Below are positions 51,293-64,000 of a stretch of DNA of 64,000 bases, one piece after another; positions within the stretch are counted from its first letter, which is position 1; the number at the start of each line of letters is the position of its first letter. Source of the stretch: the human T2T-CHM13v2.0 reference genome, Homo sapiens; the NCBI RefSeq assembly GCF_009914755.1, contig NC_060926.1; one strand, 5' to 3'. The notes beneath the pieces are model-generated. The model had not been told where the DNA came from. It searched no databases and saw only the letters and a program-made list of their open reading frames with translations. Made by a program: the position numbers and the translations under genes.

Positions 51293-54200
51293 AATGGTTA
51301 TAGATAGGGAAAAGCGAATGGAGACACAGTGGTGGGGGAAAAAGCAAATATAGGGAAAAGCACAACCCTACCTTAATGTGTCGCTTTGAGGTGGCTTTAC
51401 CCTTATCAGTGCGTCACGGGTACTTTTGTCCCCTGGGAATGTCCACTCCTTGAGACAGTTCATTCTAGTACAGGGGGAGATGGGAGGTAGGCCTTTTTTT
51501 GCAGGGGGGAAGAAGGTGTAGAAGAGGAGGTGGGACAGAGAGCTGGCATGACTCCTTGGCCTCAAGGGCGTTGTCCACAGATTTGTTACCAGACAGAGCA
51601 TATGTGGATGTCGGCCATCTAGAATCTAGAAATGGATTCTGTCACAGTGATTTGAGCCGACATACCCCTTCAAAAGGTTTGTTTTCCCAGGGCTCTCGGT
51701 AATCTTGAAGACACTGGAGTATGGTTCCTCAAAGGTAGTGAGGAGTGGGCTCTAAAGCACAAGGAAAGAGGAGGATAATTCCTCTAATTGTAACAGTGGG
51801 GCAGGGGCCAGGCTGGCTGATTGAGAGCTGAGTGCCAGGAACTTCCCTCAGTTGCATTTCATTATTGTATTTTAAAACCTAGTTGTCTGAGAAATGTGTT
51901 TTCAGTCCCAGCAGCCATGGACGATAGTAACATAGAATTGGCCTGTCCTGGACTTGTGTACTGTGCTGTGGGCCACGGTGCACGTGTAGTTACAGACATT
52001 CTCAATGAGTCCACTACCTGCCGGCTGTGGAAGTGAGCAGGCCTTCCTTGAACCGTCTCCGCCTTGGGCCAGGTACTCCCAGAGCCAGGTGTAGAAGGTG
52101 AATCTGAACTCTTAAGCTGGGGACATCGTGAAGGAAACCTTGTAAATAAGAGATGCTCTTGGGTTTCATCTCAGTCCAGTCTGCTCCCAAGCTGCTTTTT
52201 AAGTTGGACTGTGGAATTTCTGGGCAAATTAACAATAATAAATAAGCAGATTTGGATCAGGTCTAAAAACTGTGCAACTTCAAAGAGGGAAAAAGAAGTA
52301 CTGATGCAGGAGCAGATCATTTTCCTGAGAGAGATTTGTTTCATGAAAGAGAAAAAAATAAAACAGTCTGTTCTCACTTTTTAATGAGTTAAGAGAAGAT
52401 ATAATCCTAATAATTATTAAGGAAGAACTTGACTGGAGCAGAGGGAATAAGGTGAAGTGATAATCATATTAGACCAAATAACATCTTTGAAAGTGGTAGG
52501 CAATAGAGTTGAAACTCTGTAATCCATGAACTGGAAAGCCAACTAGAGAAAAAATATAGCATGGCAGGATGGAATGGCCAGAGCACAGCCACGACCAGGG
52601 TGTCTCGCATGGGTAGTAATCATTCCTAAGGGAAAGGAAAAGGACAGCGCGGGTGAAGCAGCATCATCCAAAAGCTGTGTAACAGTTCACAGAGTGGACT
52701 GCGTGGTTTGTAATGTTAAGCCTGGCATTGGATTTCTGTGTTGTGCCACAGTGGTCAGTATCACAATACATGTAAGACACCAACATCCACACATGCTTTG
52801 ATGAACAAGGATATGTACTCTGAGTATTTTATATCTAAGATGCCACTTATTTGAAAAGTTCTTATATCTGGAGTTAAAAATTTCCCCAAACAAGTATCTT
52901 TGCCAGAGACTTTATACTGCCAGTCAGAAATCCAAGTGTATTTATAAAAACTAGAAATACGCATCTCAAGTAAGTGGAGGAAGGCTAGAATAATAAACGC
53001 TGTTGGGGTGATTAAGCAACCAGTTAGGAAAAAAAATACGACCTTAGTCTGCAATCAGTTGATGAATGAATGAGCTGATTAAATGTAATCTATGAAACCA
53101 TTAAATTACTAGAAGAAAATATAAGAGGATATTGATATAATCTTGGTTGGGAAAGGCCTTTTCTAAGCATGACCCCAAAGACAGAAACCCTAAAGAAAGA
53201 TTAGCTTCTTAAAAATGGAAAACTAGTGTTCAGAAACCACAAAATCAAAATGCAAACAGCAGACTAAGAAAAATTGCTTGTAGCCTATTTAAAAAGCAAA
53301 GGCTAATTAAGAGATTTTTGTATTGGTAATTAAAAGATGAATACCTCAGTAATAAAAGGAGAGTTTCAGAACATTGATCATTCAGTTCTTAAAAGAAAAA
53401 CCTAAATGACCAATAATCATATAAATTTTAGCCTCACTAGTATTCATCAGAGAATGTAAAATAAAAGAGAACTGGTATTTCTCTTCTATCAAATTGGCAA
53501 AGAAAAAAAATGTTAGGGTCCAGGTAATGCCAGTTTTAACTACTAGATGACATAAATGTTGATACGGTCTCAACTCTTAAGGAATGGAATTTTTTTTTAA
53601 TGATGACTTGTTTGAGGCTAACAACTTGCTGTTATGCATTCATTTCATATAAAAATTTGAGGAAAATGATAAGATTTAATATTACTGGTTTGTTCATGAT
53701 GATAAATATTTTAGGGGAAGTTGAATTTTAATTTTAAAATGGTGCTAATTCTGTCAAATTTGAAAATTGAGAATAATTTATTTCCAGTGGCTTTTCCAAG
53801 CTCATTCATGCTGAAGTGCCCTCTGCTGGCACCAGCAGCCACTTAGTGACCCCAGGCTGGGTACCACCTGAGGAGAGGGACTGCCCTGTGGGGTCTACAG
53901 GGTGTGGGGGGCAGGGTAAAGAGAGAGTGGGGGTACACAGCATGTGGATGGCAATGTGGTGATGCTCAGACCCTGGGCTTCCTCCTTCGTGCCTACCAGC
54001 CCGCGTTTCTAGAAGGCCTGCTCTGTTCTGAAGGCTGCATCAAGCAATCACTGAGGCAGTGATTCTGTCAGGTTCACTGCTGTGTCCCCAAGGCCTAGAA
54101 CCATGCCCAGCAGAGGTTGGGTGCTCAGTAAGGGTTTGTTGGTGACTGTTAGTCTTGTGTCCTCCAATTGACATTCTCTTGGGGAGACCAGCAGTAAGCA

Positions 54201-54563
54201 GATAAAGAAGTCACTTAAGGCATGAGATGTGTTCGGAGGGTTGTAGGTTCCAGGAACATGGTAGGATGCAAGGAGGCCAGGCAGATGGCCCCAGAAGGAT
54301 GTCCCTTCCCTTCCCTGAGGGTGTGCTCAGCCCCCTGAGAAGACAGACAGGCAGGTGACAGCATGGAGCCCATTTCTGTTCAGGCAGGGGCAGGACTTCC
54401 ACCAGTGTGTGTGCATTTGGTGATGGAACCGAGGAACTCTGCAGGCCTGTTTTTAAACTCCTGATTCTCTGTATTTGCCATATCCTAACAGAGTGTTTGC
54501 TTTTTGTTTCCTTTTTTTTTTAATTTAAAGGATTTTTTTGTTTTGTTTTGTGTTTTTTGATAG

Positions 54564-54631
54564 ATGAGGGTTACTACCAGGGTGGAAAATTTCAGTTTGA
54601 AACTGAAGTTCCCGATGCGTACAACATGGTG
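54564..54631 (+). CDS. UBE2F: UBE2F exon 5 (68 nt; D72-V94 [23 protein letters not shown])
   Basis: ttttttgatag|ATGAGGGTTAC...AACATGGTG|gtgagt; E2-core YxGG-F motif; phase 1-0. Confidence 0.97.
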
Positions 54632-56557
54632 GTGAGTAGCCTGCGTTGAGCCTGTTGTTTTACTTCTCGGGCGGGGCTGCCTGTGGCTGTGGCCCGCCAC
54701 TGGCACAGGGCCCTAGCACTCCCCTCTGCGTGTGTCCATGTGTGACTGAGTACTCACTTCAGTATTTTTGTGATGAATGTCACTCATCAGCAGTATTTAG
54801 AGTGTTAGTAGAGAATTCGTTTATTCAACAAATACTTATGAGTACTATGTGCCAGGCAGCCTGCCTGTGTATTTTCTATAACTCTTATCTGTTACAGTCT
54901 GGCACTGAAGAAAAAAAGCATTTAATAAAATGACTGTAGTTTTGTTCATGATATAACACCAAAATTCCAGAAGTCTATAAAATGTGTATTTTAGAATTTC
55001 AGAGAACAGTGACTTGTAGTTTAAACTATAAGTAATTTATACCTATAGTTTCATGTTAATCCCTCAAAGATCCTTTTAGACAATAATTATACCAAATACC
55101 ATTACATTATGTCTTTGCTTTGGTGGAACTTACAGACCAATTAGGAGAGATAAAGTGTAGAAAGTTGATAAAGCGATAAAAATGGTAAGTAGAGGACAGT
55201 AGTGATACTCATCAATGATAGGAAACTAGTTTTTGAGAATTCAGAGAAGGGAAAGTAATCATCACTTTGGAAAGTGGTCAGGGCTAGTTAAGCTTTTAGG
55301 GGGAAATCTAACTGGAGTCACCCCGATGTGGCCCAGAACCAGGGGAGGGTATTCTAGGTGACATGGAAACGTGATGAACTGTGGTGACAGGTGTGGACAT
55401 GAGAACTTGCAACCTGCAGAAGGCAGATAGGGCCAGGTCAACTCGAGTGAAGAATTGGAGTTGGGGAAGAATAGAGGAAAAAATGGGAAAACTCAGATGT
55501 GGGGGTTTGGTTGGGCATTTTCGATTTGGCAGTGACAAACCACTGGAGAGTCTGAATAATTCCACACCCCCAAGTTGGGGTATTAGAGGAGGTGTGGCTG
55601 CGCTTCAGGGACGGGTGTGATGTGTCTCGGCCCAAATTGCCAGGGGTTGACGTACAGGCAGTTCAGCATGCTTGTCTTACTGGCGTGCACCATGGATATG
55701 TATTCCTCCTCACGTGTTCTAACTAACCCTCTTGGCCCGTCCAGTAGGAAAGCACAAGCTGATGGTGCTGCCAGAGAAAAGGAAGCCTCACTCCCATCAT
55801 GAGGATGTGGGCATTGGGGACACTGTGCCTGTGACTTCGCTTGTGGGAAGTGTGCTCCCACTGCCTGACGAGTGGAGTTGCCCCCCAACCCCAGCCACTG
55901 GGCTCCGTTCAGTGGCTGCAACACTTGTTTTAGAAGCAAACCTTCATCTATGGAAATTGACTTTTTACCGGACTACTCCATTTAAGGTTCTTTTTGAAAT
56001 GTAATTTATGGGGATAGGGAAGAGTTGGCAGCCCAAGAAATTTTTAAATTTGTAGACAAAGATGGGAAAATACACATTTCCAGTCTTTGTCCATCCACCA
56101 CCTGCTGAGACTTTCCATCCTTCCCAAACCACACTGAGAAACCTGGCGACGGAGCACTGCACCATGTCCGGTGGGAGGTGGTTCCAGAGGCTTGGTTTCA
56201 GTACAGATGTTTAGAATTTGGGGACTCTTTGGTGGTTTCTGGAAACAAACAGGCATACAGTATTTAAAATTCTGTATTTAGATTTGCTGCTAAATACTTA
56301 TGACATACCGTTCTGGATGTCATAGCAGGGAGTTAAGTGTAAGCTGATAAACTTTCCAGACAAGTCGTGAGGCATCAGAGAACCATTGTTTCAGGTATAT
56401 CTGGCATCATCTAGGAGCAGAGCTCCTTGTTTTCACTATAGGAAGAAAGCAAACTAAGAGAAAATACCAGGGAAGGAATGGGCATGATTGAGAGCCTCTG
56501 TGTGCCAGGTGTCTTGATTCACATTACTTTATTTCATTCTTCTGATGGTTCAGTGGG

Positions 56558-56688
56558 TTATTTATTTATTTATTTATTTAGAGACGGAGTCTTGCTCTGT
56601 TCCCCAGCCTGGAGTGCTGTGGCGTGATCTCAGCTCACTGCAACCACCAGCTCCCAGGTTCAAGCAATTCTCCTGCCCTAGCCTCCTG
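56558..56688 (-). mobile_element. 5'-truncated Alu
   Basis: Partial right arm; TSD tcagtgggt. Confidence 0.88.
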
Positions 56689-57383
56689 TCAGTGGGTGAT
56701 CTTAACATTCATATCTTTATACATTAGGAAGTTTGGGTTCTGAAAGCTAAAGTTAAAAACATTAGCTTTGCCAATGGAGACGGCTGAATTGTTGAAGTCA
56801 CTTAATGTCCAGGGCTGCCCAGCTTTTAAGCGTGTGCCCTTCCTACCACATCAGGTGGTGAGAAAATGTTTGTCATACTGTCTTGTCCCATTTGTGACTT
56901 CAAGAAATAGGAAGGAAAATGGAATAAAGAATGACTTGAAAGCCACTGAGCCTTGAAGACTTGTTTCCCTTATTAGTTTCCCTTATTAGTTTGAGACTGG
57001 CACAGAGGTTGAGGTGGAGGGGTAAGGCTTAAATTTTCCTGTCCTTGTCTCAGACCTGCTATTCCCCAGCCCCCCTCTCCCCTCCCCACTACTAGTCCCT
57101 GTGGGGAAACATCATTCCCATGCAGCCTTTCTGAAGTTCTGTGTGCTGTGTTTGACCTTTAGCTCTGTAACGATGATCTTACATTTTTCTATTTCCACTG
57201 CTGTCTCTTTTGGAAGTTTCATAAATGATGGGCTGGTCAGATTTCATCAGGAATAAAACCCCATGTTCTCAAACCCAGAAGTACTGAGAGCAGCTGGTGG
57301 CTCTGCATGAACCATGTTCCTACCCTGCTTCTGTAGGGTCCTTTCCTCTCCTTTCCCCAGCGTTTCCTTCCTGTCCCCCCTGC

Positions 57384-57961
<578 letters not shown>

Positions 57962-59669
57962 TCCTGTTCCCTTCTCTTGTTTTCTTCCTGTCTGCCTCTC
58001 ATTCAGGCAAGTGTGGGGCAACTTCTAGGGGCCAGCATATGTCACTGGTGTCCCCAGCAGGGCGTCTCCAGGGGATCATTAGGGTGTAGTACTTGGCTGA
58101 ACACAAAAGTAGTTGCATTTGCCATATTTATAATGAATCATTGCTTACAGACTCTCCTGAGCATCTCTTTCCCACTGGGCTGTGAGCCCTGAGGGAGTGC
58201 CAGCTGTCTTGCCCACACTATTTCCGGTGTGTAGCCTGTGCCTGCCATGCTAGGCAAAAACACAAATTGTTCAGTGGTTGCCCCTCTCTCTGCCCCCTAC
58301 AAACTTAGTGTAGAAAAGAGATGAAATAATTCAGTCAGCATAGGAAAATCACATAGGCACAGGCATTCAGGATAGAGTGTGAGGGCACACTCTGAGGGCA
58401 CCAGGTGGGTCAGTGAGAACGGATACAGCAGCCAGTGCGGAGCCTAGGGATGGGCTGGGGCTTCTCAGGGTGCATCTGCTTCACTGCCATGACTGACTTG
58501 ACACAATTTCTGTACTTCATAAGGACTTGTCTCCTAAGAGTTACAGTTCCTGCAGTGAAGGTCTGTTATTAAGACTGTGAATGTGGAAAACCTTTAATAA
58601 AGTCGATCGTTATTTTAGAATAAACTTTTAAAAGAAAAATGTCCATTTGGAATCCCCCACCCCACCCAATATCCCAGCAGCCAAAATTCAAATTTTCTTT
58701 GTGTTTTTGTCCCTTTGCCTCTGCAGTTTAACTCCCAGCCTAAAGCCTGCCTTGTAATTTGTCAGTTTAGAAACTGTCCAAACGGATGTAGTGACATTTA
58801 GTGGGCTCCTACATTGTGCCAGGCTCCGTGTCAGACACTGGAGGGCCAAGGATGGGAACTTGGTGGCCTTTTAAGAATTTCAGTCTCTGGGGAGACAGAC
58901 GCTGACATGACAATGAGGAGCCCGGGTGGTGATGTGGGTGACGGCTATTCCTCAGGCTGGTGGGGACGCCCAGAGGAGGAGCACGTGACATGGCCTGGGG
59001 ATGCCTTGGAGGAGGAGAGAGCCTTAGCCCAGACCCTAGCTGGCCTGTGGTGTCACACAGCCCTCAGGTGCGTCGGTCAGGACTGGTTGGAGGAAGCTGT
59101 GTGCTGTAGCAGGAGAAAGGATTACAGCTCTTTGTTCTTGGCTCTGGTTTCCTCCTGGAAGTGAAGACACCACGTCTCCTCACATGTTGTTGGCCAAATC
59201 AGATAACATGACCATGGCCAGCCCGGAGGGACTAAGGAAGGCCAGTCCTGCCATGGGCCCTGGAGGAGGAGAGCCAGAGACACTTGTTGAACAGCAGTGA
59301 TGACGACCACAAGTGACACCTGAACTCCCACTCTCCCTTCTTCTTCATATGAAATTATCAGACTTTGTAGGGAATTGAGACAACACGGCCATGCAAAAAT
59401 AGAATAATAATAACCTGTAATCTCTCCATCCAGAGATGATCACCCTGACTCTCTAATGTCTGTTGCAGACAGTATAAATTCCACATACCAATGGGGCGAT
59501 GCTACACATAGTCTGGTAACTTGGGGCTTTCCCGTCATAATATGATGGACGTACACATTCATGTCAGTCAATGCACAATTGCATCATTATTAATAAGAGC
59601 ACTTCCTTGTATGATGTATCATTTAAACCAGTCCTTTATCATTGGTCACTGGTTGACCAACCTTTTGCA

Positions 59670-59855
59670 GTATAAAGCAGACTTTCTGTAAAGGGCTAAG
59701 CAATAAATATTTTAGGCTCTGTGGACCACATAGTCTCTGTCCCATATTCTTTTTTGTTTTTTCAATAACCTTTTAGAAATGTAAAAACCAGTCTTTGACC
59801 ATGTGAAAACAGTCCCAGCCTCGATTTGGTCTGTAGGCTGTGGTCTGCTGCCCCA
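59670..59855. mobile_element. MER58-like hAT DNA transposon remnant
   Basis: actttctgtaaagggctaagcaataaatattttaggctctgtggaccaca...gatttggtctgtaggctgtggtctgctgcccc. Confidence 0.75.
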
Positions 59856-60152
59856 GAATAAATAGGGCTGTGAGGTAAGTCTGGGGCATGCATCTTATGT
59901 CTGTCTGCCTCTTTCCTCTGGATCAGTTCCTAGACATGGCATTATGGGTATTGAGTAATTGATGCTCCATTTTAAGGTTCTGGATAAATCCTATTAAATT
60001 ACCTTGCAGAGAGGAATGCCAGTTGGCATCCTCACCATCCATGTTTGAAAATTCCGTTTCCCTAAGCAATTACCAAGGTAGAATATTTGCCTTTTTGTTG
60101 TTGTTGTTGCCATTTTGGGAGGAAATGGTATCTCGTTTAATATCCGATTGTC

Positions 60153-60278
60153 ATTTCTTTTTCTTGTCTTTTCTTTTCTTTTTTCTTTTTTTGGAGACAG
60201 AGTCTTGCTCTGTCCCCCAGGCTGGAGTCCGGTGGCACAGTCTCAGCTCACTGTAACCTCCACCTCCTGGATTCAAGC
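60153..60278 (-). mobile_element. Truncated Alu
   Basis: Partial antisense right arm within old L1-like sequence. Confidence 0.85.
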
Positions 60279-62337
60279 ATTATATTTTCATTTCTTAAGT
60301 CGGATGCTGAATAGTATTTCCCACTAATAAGCTGTTTATATTTTTTATGAGCTGCTATTATGTCCTTTGCCCATGTTTCCATTGGGGATATTTGTTTTTC
60401 TTCTAGATTTACTAGAGTCCTTACAAGCAAAGTATGTGAAACTTTTTTCTTCAGTTTTTTAGCTATGCTGTAAATACTTTCTTTGTTTTGCATTTGCCGT
60501 CTTTAGTCGTTGTTCTATACAAGTTTGGTTTTTTTGTTTCACTGCTTGAGTTTTGTATGTTATGATATGCTTAAAGCAGCCTTCAGACCCCAAGATGGTC
60601 ATCTACATTTTCTTCTAGTCCTATAATTCTCTTTTATGTTTAATTTTAATGCATTTGGAACACTGTGTTTTTCCAAATGGGTAGCCAGTGACCCACCAAA
60701 TAACCCAGTTCTCTGTTGGTTTGAGAGGCCAGATTTGTCATACATTAGGCTTCTGGCAGGGTGAGTGATGGTGGCCGTGCCAAGCACTGAGGGGGAATGT
60801 GGGAGGGCTGGGCATTGCTTGTTGGTCTAGCTGTGGGCCACTGGGGTTGGGGGGAAGGGGCTACAGGCCTAATTCAGTTTGGAAAGTATGTATGTCAGAA
60901 GCCAGGTGCAGAGTTTTGCCCTCTGTTCTGGAACCACAGTTAAGAGGACCGTTGACAAAAGGAGGTATCTGTGTTAACATCAAATTATGGAAGGTGTGAA
61001 GGGGACAGGAGGAAGGGCGAATACCCGCAAGCCTTTGGGAGATGTGGTAGCACCAGGCTGCATGGTCATGTGTGAGGGCCTCCGCAGAAGGGGTACCTGC
61101 TTGGGAGGGAGAGTGAGTTTGCCAATTTTCTAGGTTCCTACAAAAACTGAGAGTTGGTGACTTGGCCTAGCACTAGCCTGCCACCATCCAGTGACCCAGA
61201 AGGGGGCACAGAGCCCTGCCCCTCATGGCAGTCTGACCTTCCCTCTGCAGCCCAAATGCCTCAGTAGAAGGGAAAGATGCAGTTCCTCCTTTCTATTAAA
61301 TACATTCCCATTTATTTGTAGAAAAGCACAATGTGAAATTTATTTAAACTCATTCTGAACCTAAATTCTTTGTCCTCAGACACATGGATTTGCACAGTCA
61401 GTTTAATCAGTTTTTTGGAATCTACTGATTTTGTGGTATTTTGAAATTAGGAAGAATGCTCATTATAGTGTCGAAAAAGTATTTTTGCTTTATACAAATA
61501 AATAAAAAGATGAAACTATAAAAGTTTACTAGAAAGTTAAAGAGGATATTTGGATGGTGAAGTATTTTCTAAGTATGGCATCAAAGATAAAAATTTGATT
61601 ACAAAAATAAACTCCTCAGAAAGCATCATAAATAAAAGTTAATAGCAGATGATACACAGGGAAAATGTTACCCATTTCACAAAGGTTTGATTCCTTTTTG
61701 AGATGACCTTTCTGATGAGATCCTGTGATTTGACACTTCTGCATATTAACCAAGGGGACCTTTCTGTGGGAGGTCCTGGAGAAGAGGCCCTCTCCCTTAC
61801 TGCAGGTTGTGGTGGGGTTGGCGGGCGGGGTGTCACATCTTCTGAAGGACATGAGCAGTGTATCAGAAGCTAGGGTTTATGACCAGCAGATCCTCTTCCT
61901 GGGCTTCATCCTGAGGAAACATTTCACCCAGGATGAACCCTGCATTGATAGAGCAGGGTTGGGAGAAGAGGAAGCAACCTGAGGGCCCAGAGGTAGGGAA
62001 GTGCCTATTAAACTCGGGCAGGTGTACCATGGAATGCAGGATGCCATCTGAAACGATGGCAGAAATAACTAAAACATATGTAGCACAGCTTTCTTCTATA
62101 AAGAAAAATGAGTATGCTGCATGCACACTATGTGTGTGGCCTAGAAAAGAGGCATAAACACATGTACATCAGGTGTCACATAATTTCTGGGTAGCATTTT
62201 GATGGAGTGTATATATTCTTACATAAAAAACAAAAGTGAAAGACAGCAGAATTTATTAGATATTTACGTATGTTTCTTTTCATTTGTGTTGTCCTTTTCT
62301 CTCTGAGTATGGATTGCCTTTGTAACAGAGAAATCTG

Positions 62338-62698
62338 TTTGGTTTGGTTTGGTTTGGTTTTCTGGTTTGGAGGCAGGGACTCGCTCTGTCACCCAGGCTG
62401 GAGTACAATGGTGCGATCATAGCTCACTGCAGCCTACAACTTCTGAGCTCAAGTGATTCTCCCACCTCAGCCTCCTGAGTAGCTGGGACTACAAGCAGGA
62501 GCTACCATGCCCAGCTCTTTTTTTTTCCCTGGAGAGACAGGGTCTTACTATATTGCCCTGGCTAATCTTAAACCCTTGGCCTCAAGCAATCCTCCCACCT
62601 CGACCTCCCAAAGTGCTGAGATTTTTTTCTCCTGGGTATCTATCATTAATTATATTTTCTTCTTTTAGGTGGCCTCCCAAAGTGAGCCACCATGCCCA
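62338..62698 (-). mobile_element. AluJ with (TTTGG)n tail and a 48-nt foreign insertion
   Basis: Antisense Alu; non-Alu insert at 62621-62668 with cctcccaaagtg repeated on both sides. Confidence 0.9.
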
Positions 62699-63805
62699 AA
62701 CTAGAAAAATCTTAAAAGAACTTTATCCAAACATGCCAAGTCATAAATGATGTTGATATACTTTATCCCCACAAATTCATTTTCATTCTCTTTCTCTCCT
62801 TTAAATGTAAAGTGGACTAGGGCTTTCATCTAGGAAAACGTATGTGACAATAGCATCTTCAGAAAAATCCAGCAAATGGAACAGGCTGTTCTTGCAAGGA
62901 GCAGTAACTTTCAGCCATAGTAACTTGTATTGCAAAGGAATCTGGGGCTTCTGATTGGATTTGGACCCAGAGGATGTAGAACTATTCCTTAGAGTGCACT
63001 GTGGATACCTTCTGCAGTCCCAAACCCAGGGGGTGTGGGAGGTGACAGAGGTCCAGTCACCAGCACTGTCAGCCGGCAGGACACATGGGGCTTGTAGAGA
63101 GGTGCTCAGAAGCCCACGGGTAGACTTTGCTGCTGAGACTAGCCCTTGTGGATGCAGCGCATCAACACATGCCTCATGGGTGAGGTGAGCCAGTATTCAG
63201 GGTTGAACACGTGTTCAGCGAGTCAAACTGCACACTGAGTCAGCCATGAAACAAGCGTCTAGATAGGGGATGTGGTAAGGCTCTGGCCTGGAGATGTGAT
63301 TTGCAGAGACTGTCGGCGTGATCTCTCTCATTGTCTCTGTGTTGCAGCCTCCCAAAGTGAAATGCCTGACCAAGATCTGGCACCCCAACATCACAGAGAC
63401 AGGGGAAATATGTCTGAGGTGAGTTTATTGTCTTTTCTTTCTTCTACATTCGTGAGTGTCATGTGCAAGCGTTGGGCTTTTAAACATGTTGTCTCCTCTG
63501 AAAAGATTTTGAGGCATGGCCAAGATTAGGAAGGGCTTGAACTCAGCTGAAGTAGCTGCGGTTGCCTGCCTGCTCCCAAACCCTACCCTACCTTCTGCCT
63601 CCAGACGAGTGTCTTCTCTTGGCCCTCTGGGGGCCACAGCCCTACTAAGTTCTTAGTGCAGCCTCCTTGCCTGCCCAGGATGGACCCTTGGAGTCCCTTG
63701 CCTTGTTCCCCTCCTATTTACATGAGAGACCACATTCCCTCCATGTGGCTGATTTTAGCTAAGATGAGAAAATATGATTAATGATAGATACCCAGGAGAA
63801 AAAAT
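62621..63805. repeat. ~47-bp inverted repeat (arms 62621-62668 and 63759-63805) enclosing exon 6
   Basis: Reverse complement of arm 1 = ctaaaagaagaaaatataattaatgatagatacccaggagaaaaaaat; arm 2 = ctaagatgagaaaatatgattaatgatagatacccaggagaaaaaat; 28-nt identical core. Confidence 0.92.
63348..63418 (+). CDS. UBE2F: UBE2F exon 6 (71 nt; P95-L117 [23 protein letters not shown]; catalytic Cys116 codon 63411-63413)
   Basis: gttgcag|CCTCCCAAAGTG...TGTCTGAG|gtgagt; E2 HPN motif and active-site Cys; gene continues past the window end. Confidence 0.97.
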
Positions 63806-64000
63806 GTAGATGGCAGGCTTGAGACGACCTTGGGCACTTGTATTTAAGCTGCCCTCTCTCTACCAAAATGGTCCTGATAGATGTCAGGGCACTTAGGGCA
63901 GACAGCCTCTCGGAGCTTCATGCCTGCTGTGACTTGTGTCCCTGATCCCTGGCATGGGCAGAACGTCAGGCATCAGTGATTTCTCCTCCTAAGGCTGCTG

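Noticed and set aside
56963-56992. 13-bp tandem duplication gtttcccttatta x2
   Set aside because: Ordinary slippage duplication with no functional context

Overview
Primate (almost certainly human) genomic DNA containing the 5' portion of UBE2F, the NEDD8-conjugating E2 that works with RBX2/CUL5, on the + strand. It holds a CpG-island promoter (~4.5-5.7 kb), non-coding exon 1 (ends 5134) and coding exons 2-6 (11119-11236, 25952-25981, 32748-32813, 54564-54631, 63348-63418). These splice in frame to residues 1-117, including the HPN motif and catalytic Cys116; the gene continues beyond the window. The rest is intronic or upstream sequence dense in Alu, L1, L2, MIR and ERV1/MaLR LTRs. Apart from 11089-11313, which overlaps exon 2, the supplied ORFs look spurious. 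There are no prokaryote-type systems. Most interesting observations: (1) a ~47-nt non-Alu inverted repeat bracketing the catalytic exon that also hides a strong cryptic acceptor; (2) a strong-Kozak AUG in exon 1 that is a uORF, an alternative N-terminus or an N-terminal extension depending on splicing; (3) a MER41 LTR with two intact tandem GAS motifs 2.7 kb upstream of the promoter; (4) two candidate poison exons; (5) a local duplication with different Alus at the same site in both copies; (6) templated-insertion scars inside Alus. Repeat boundaries and subfamily names were assigned by eye and are approximate.
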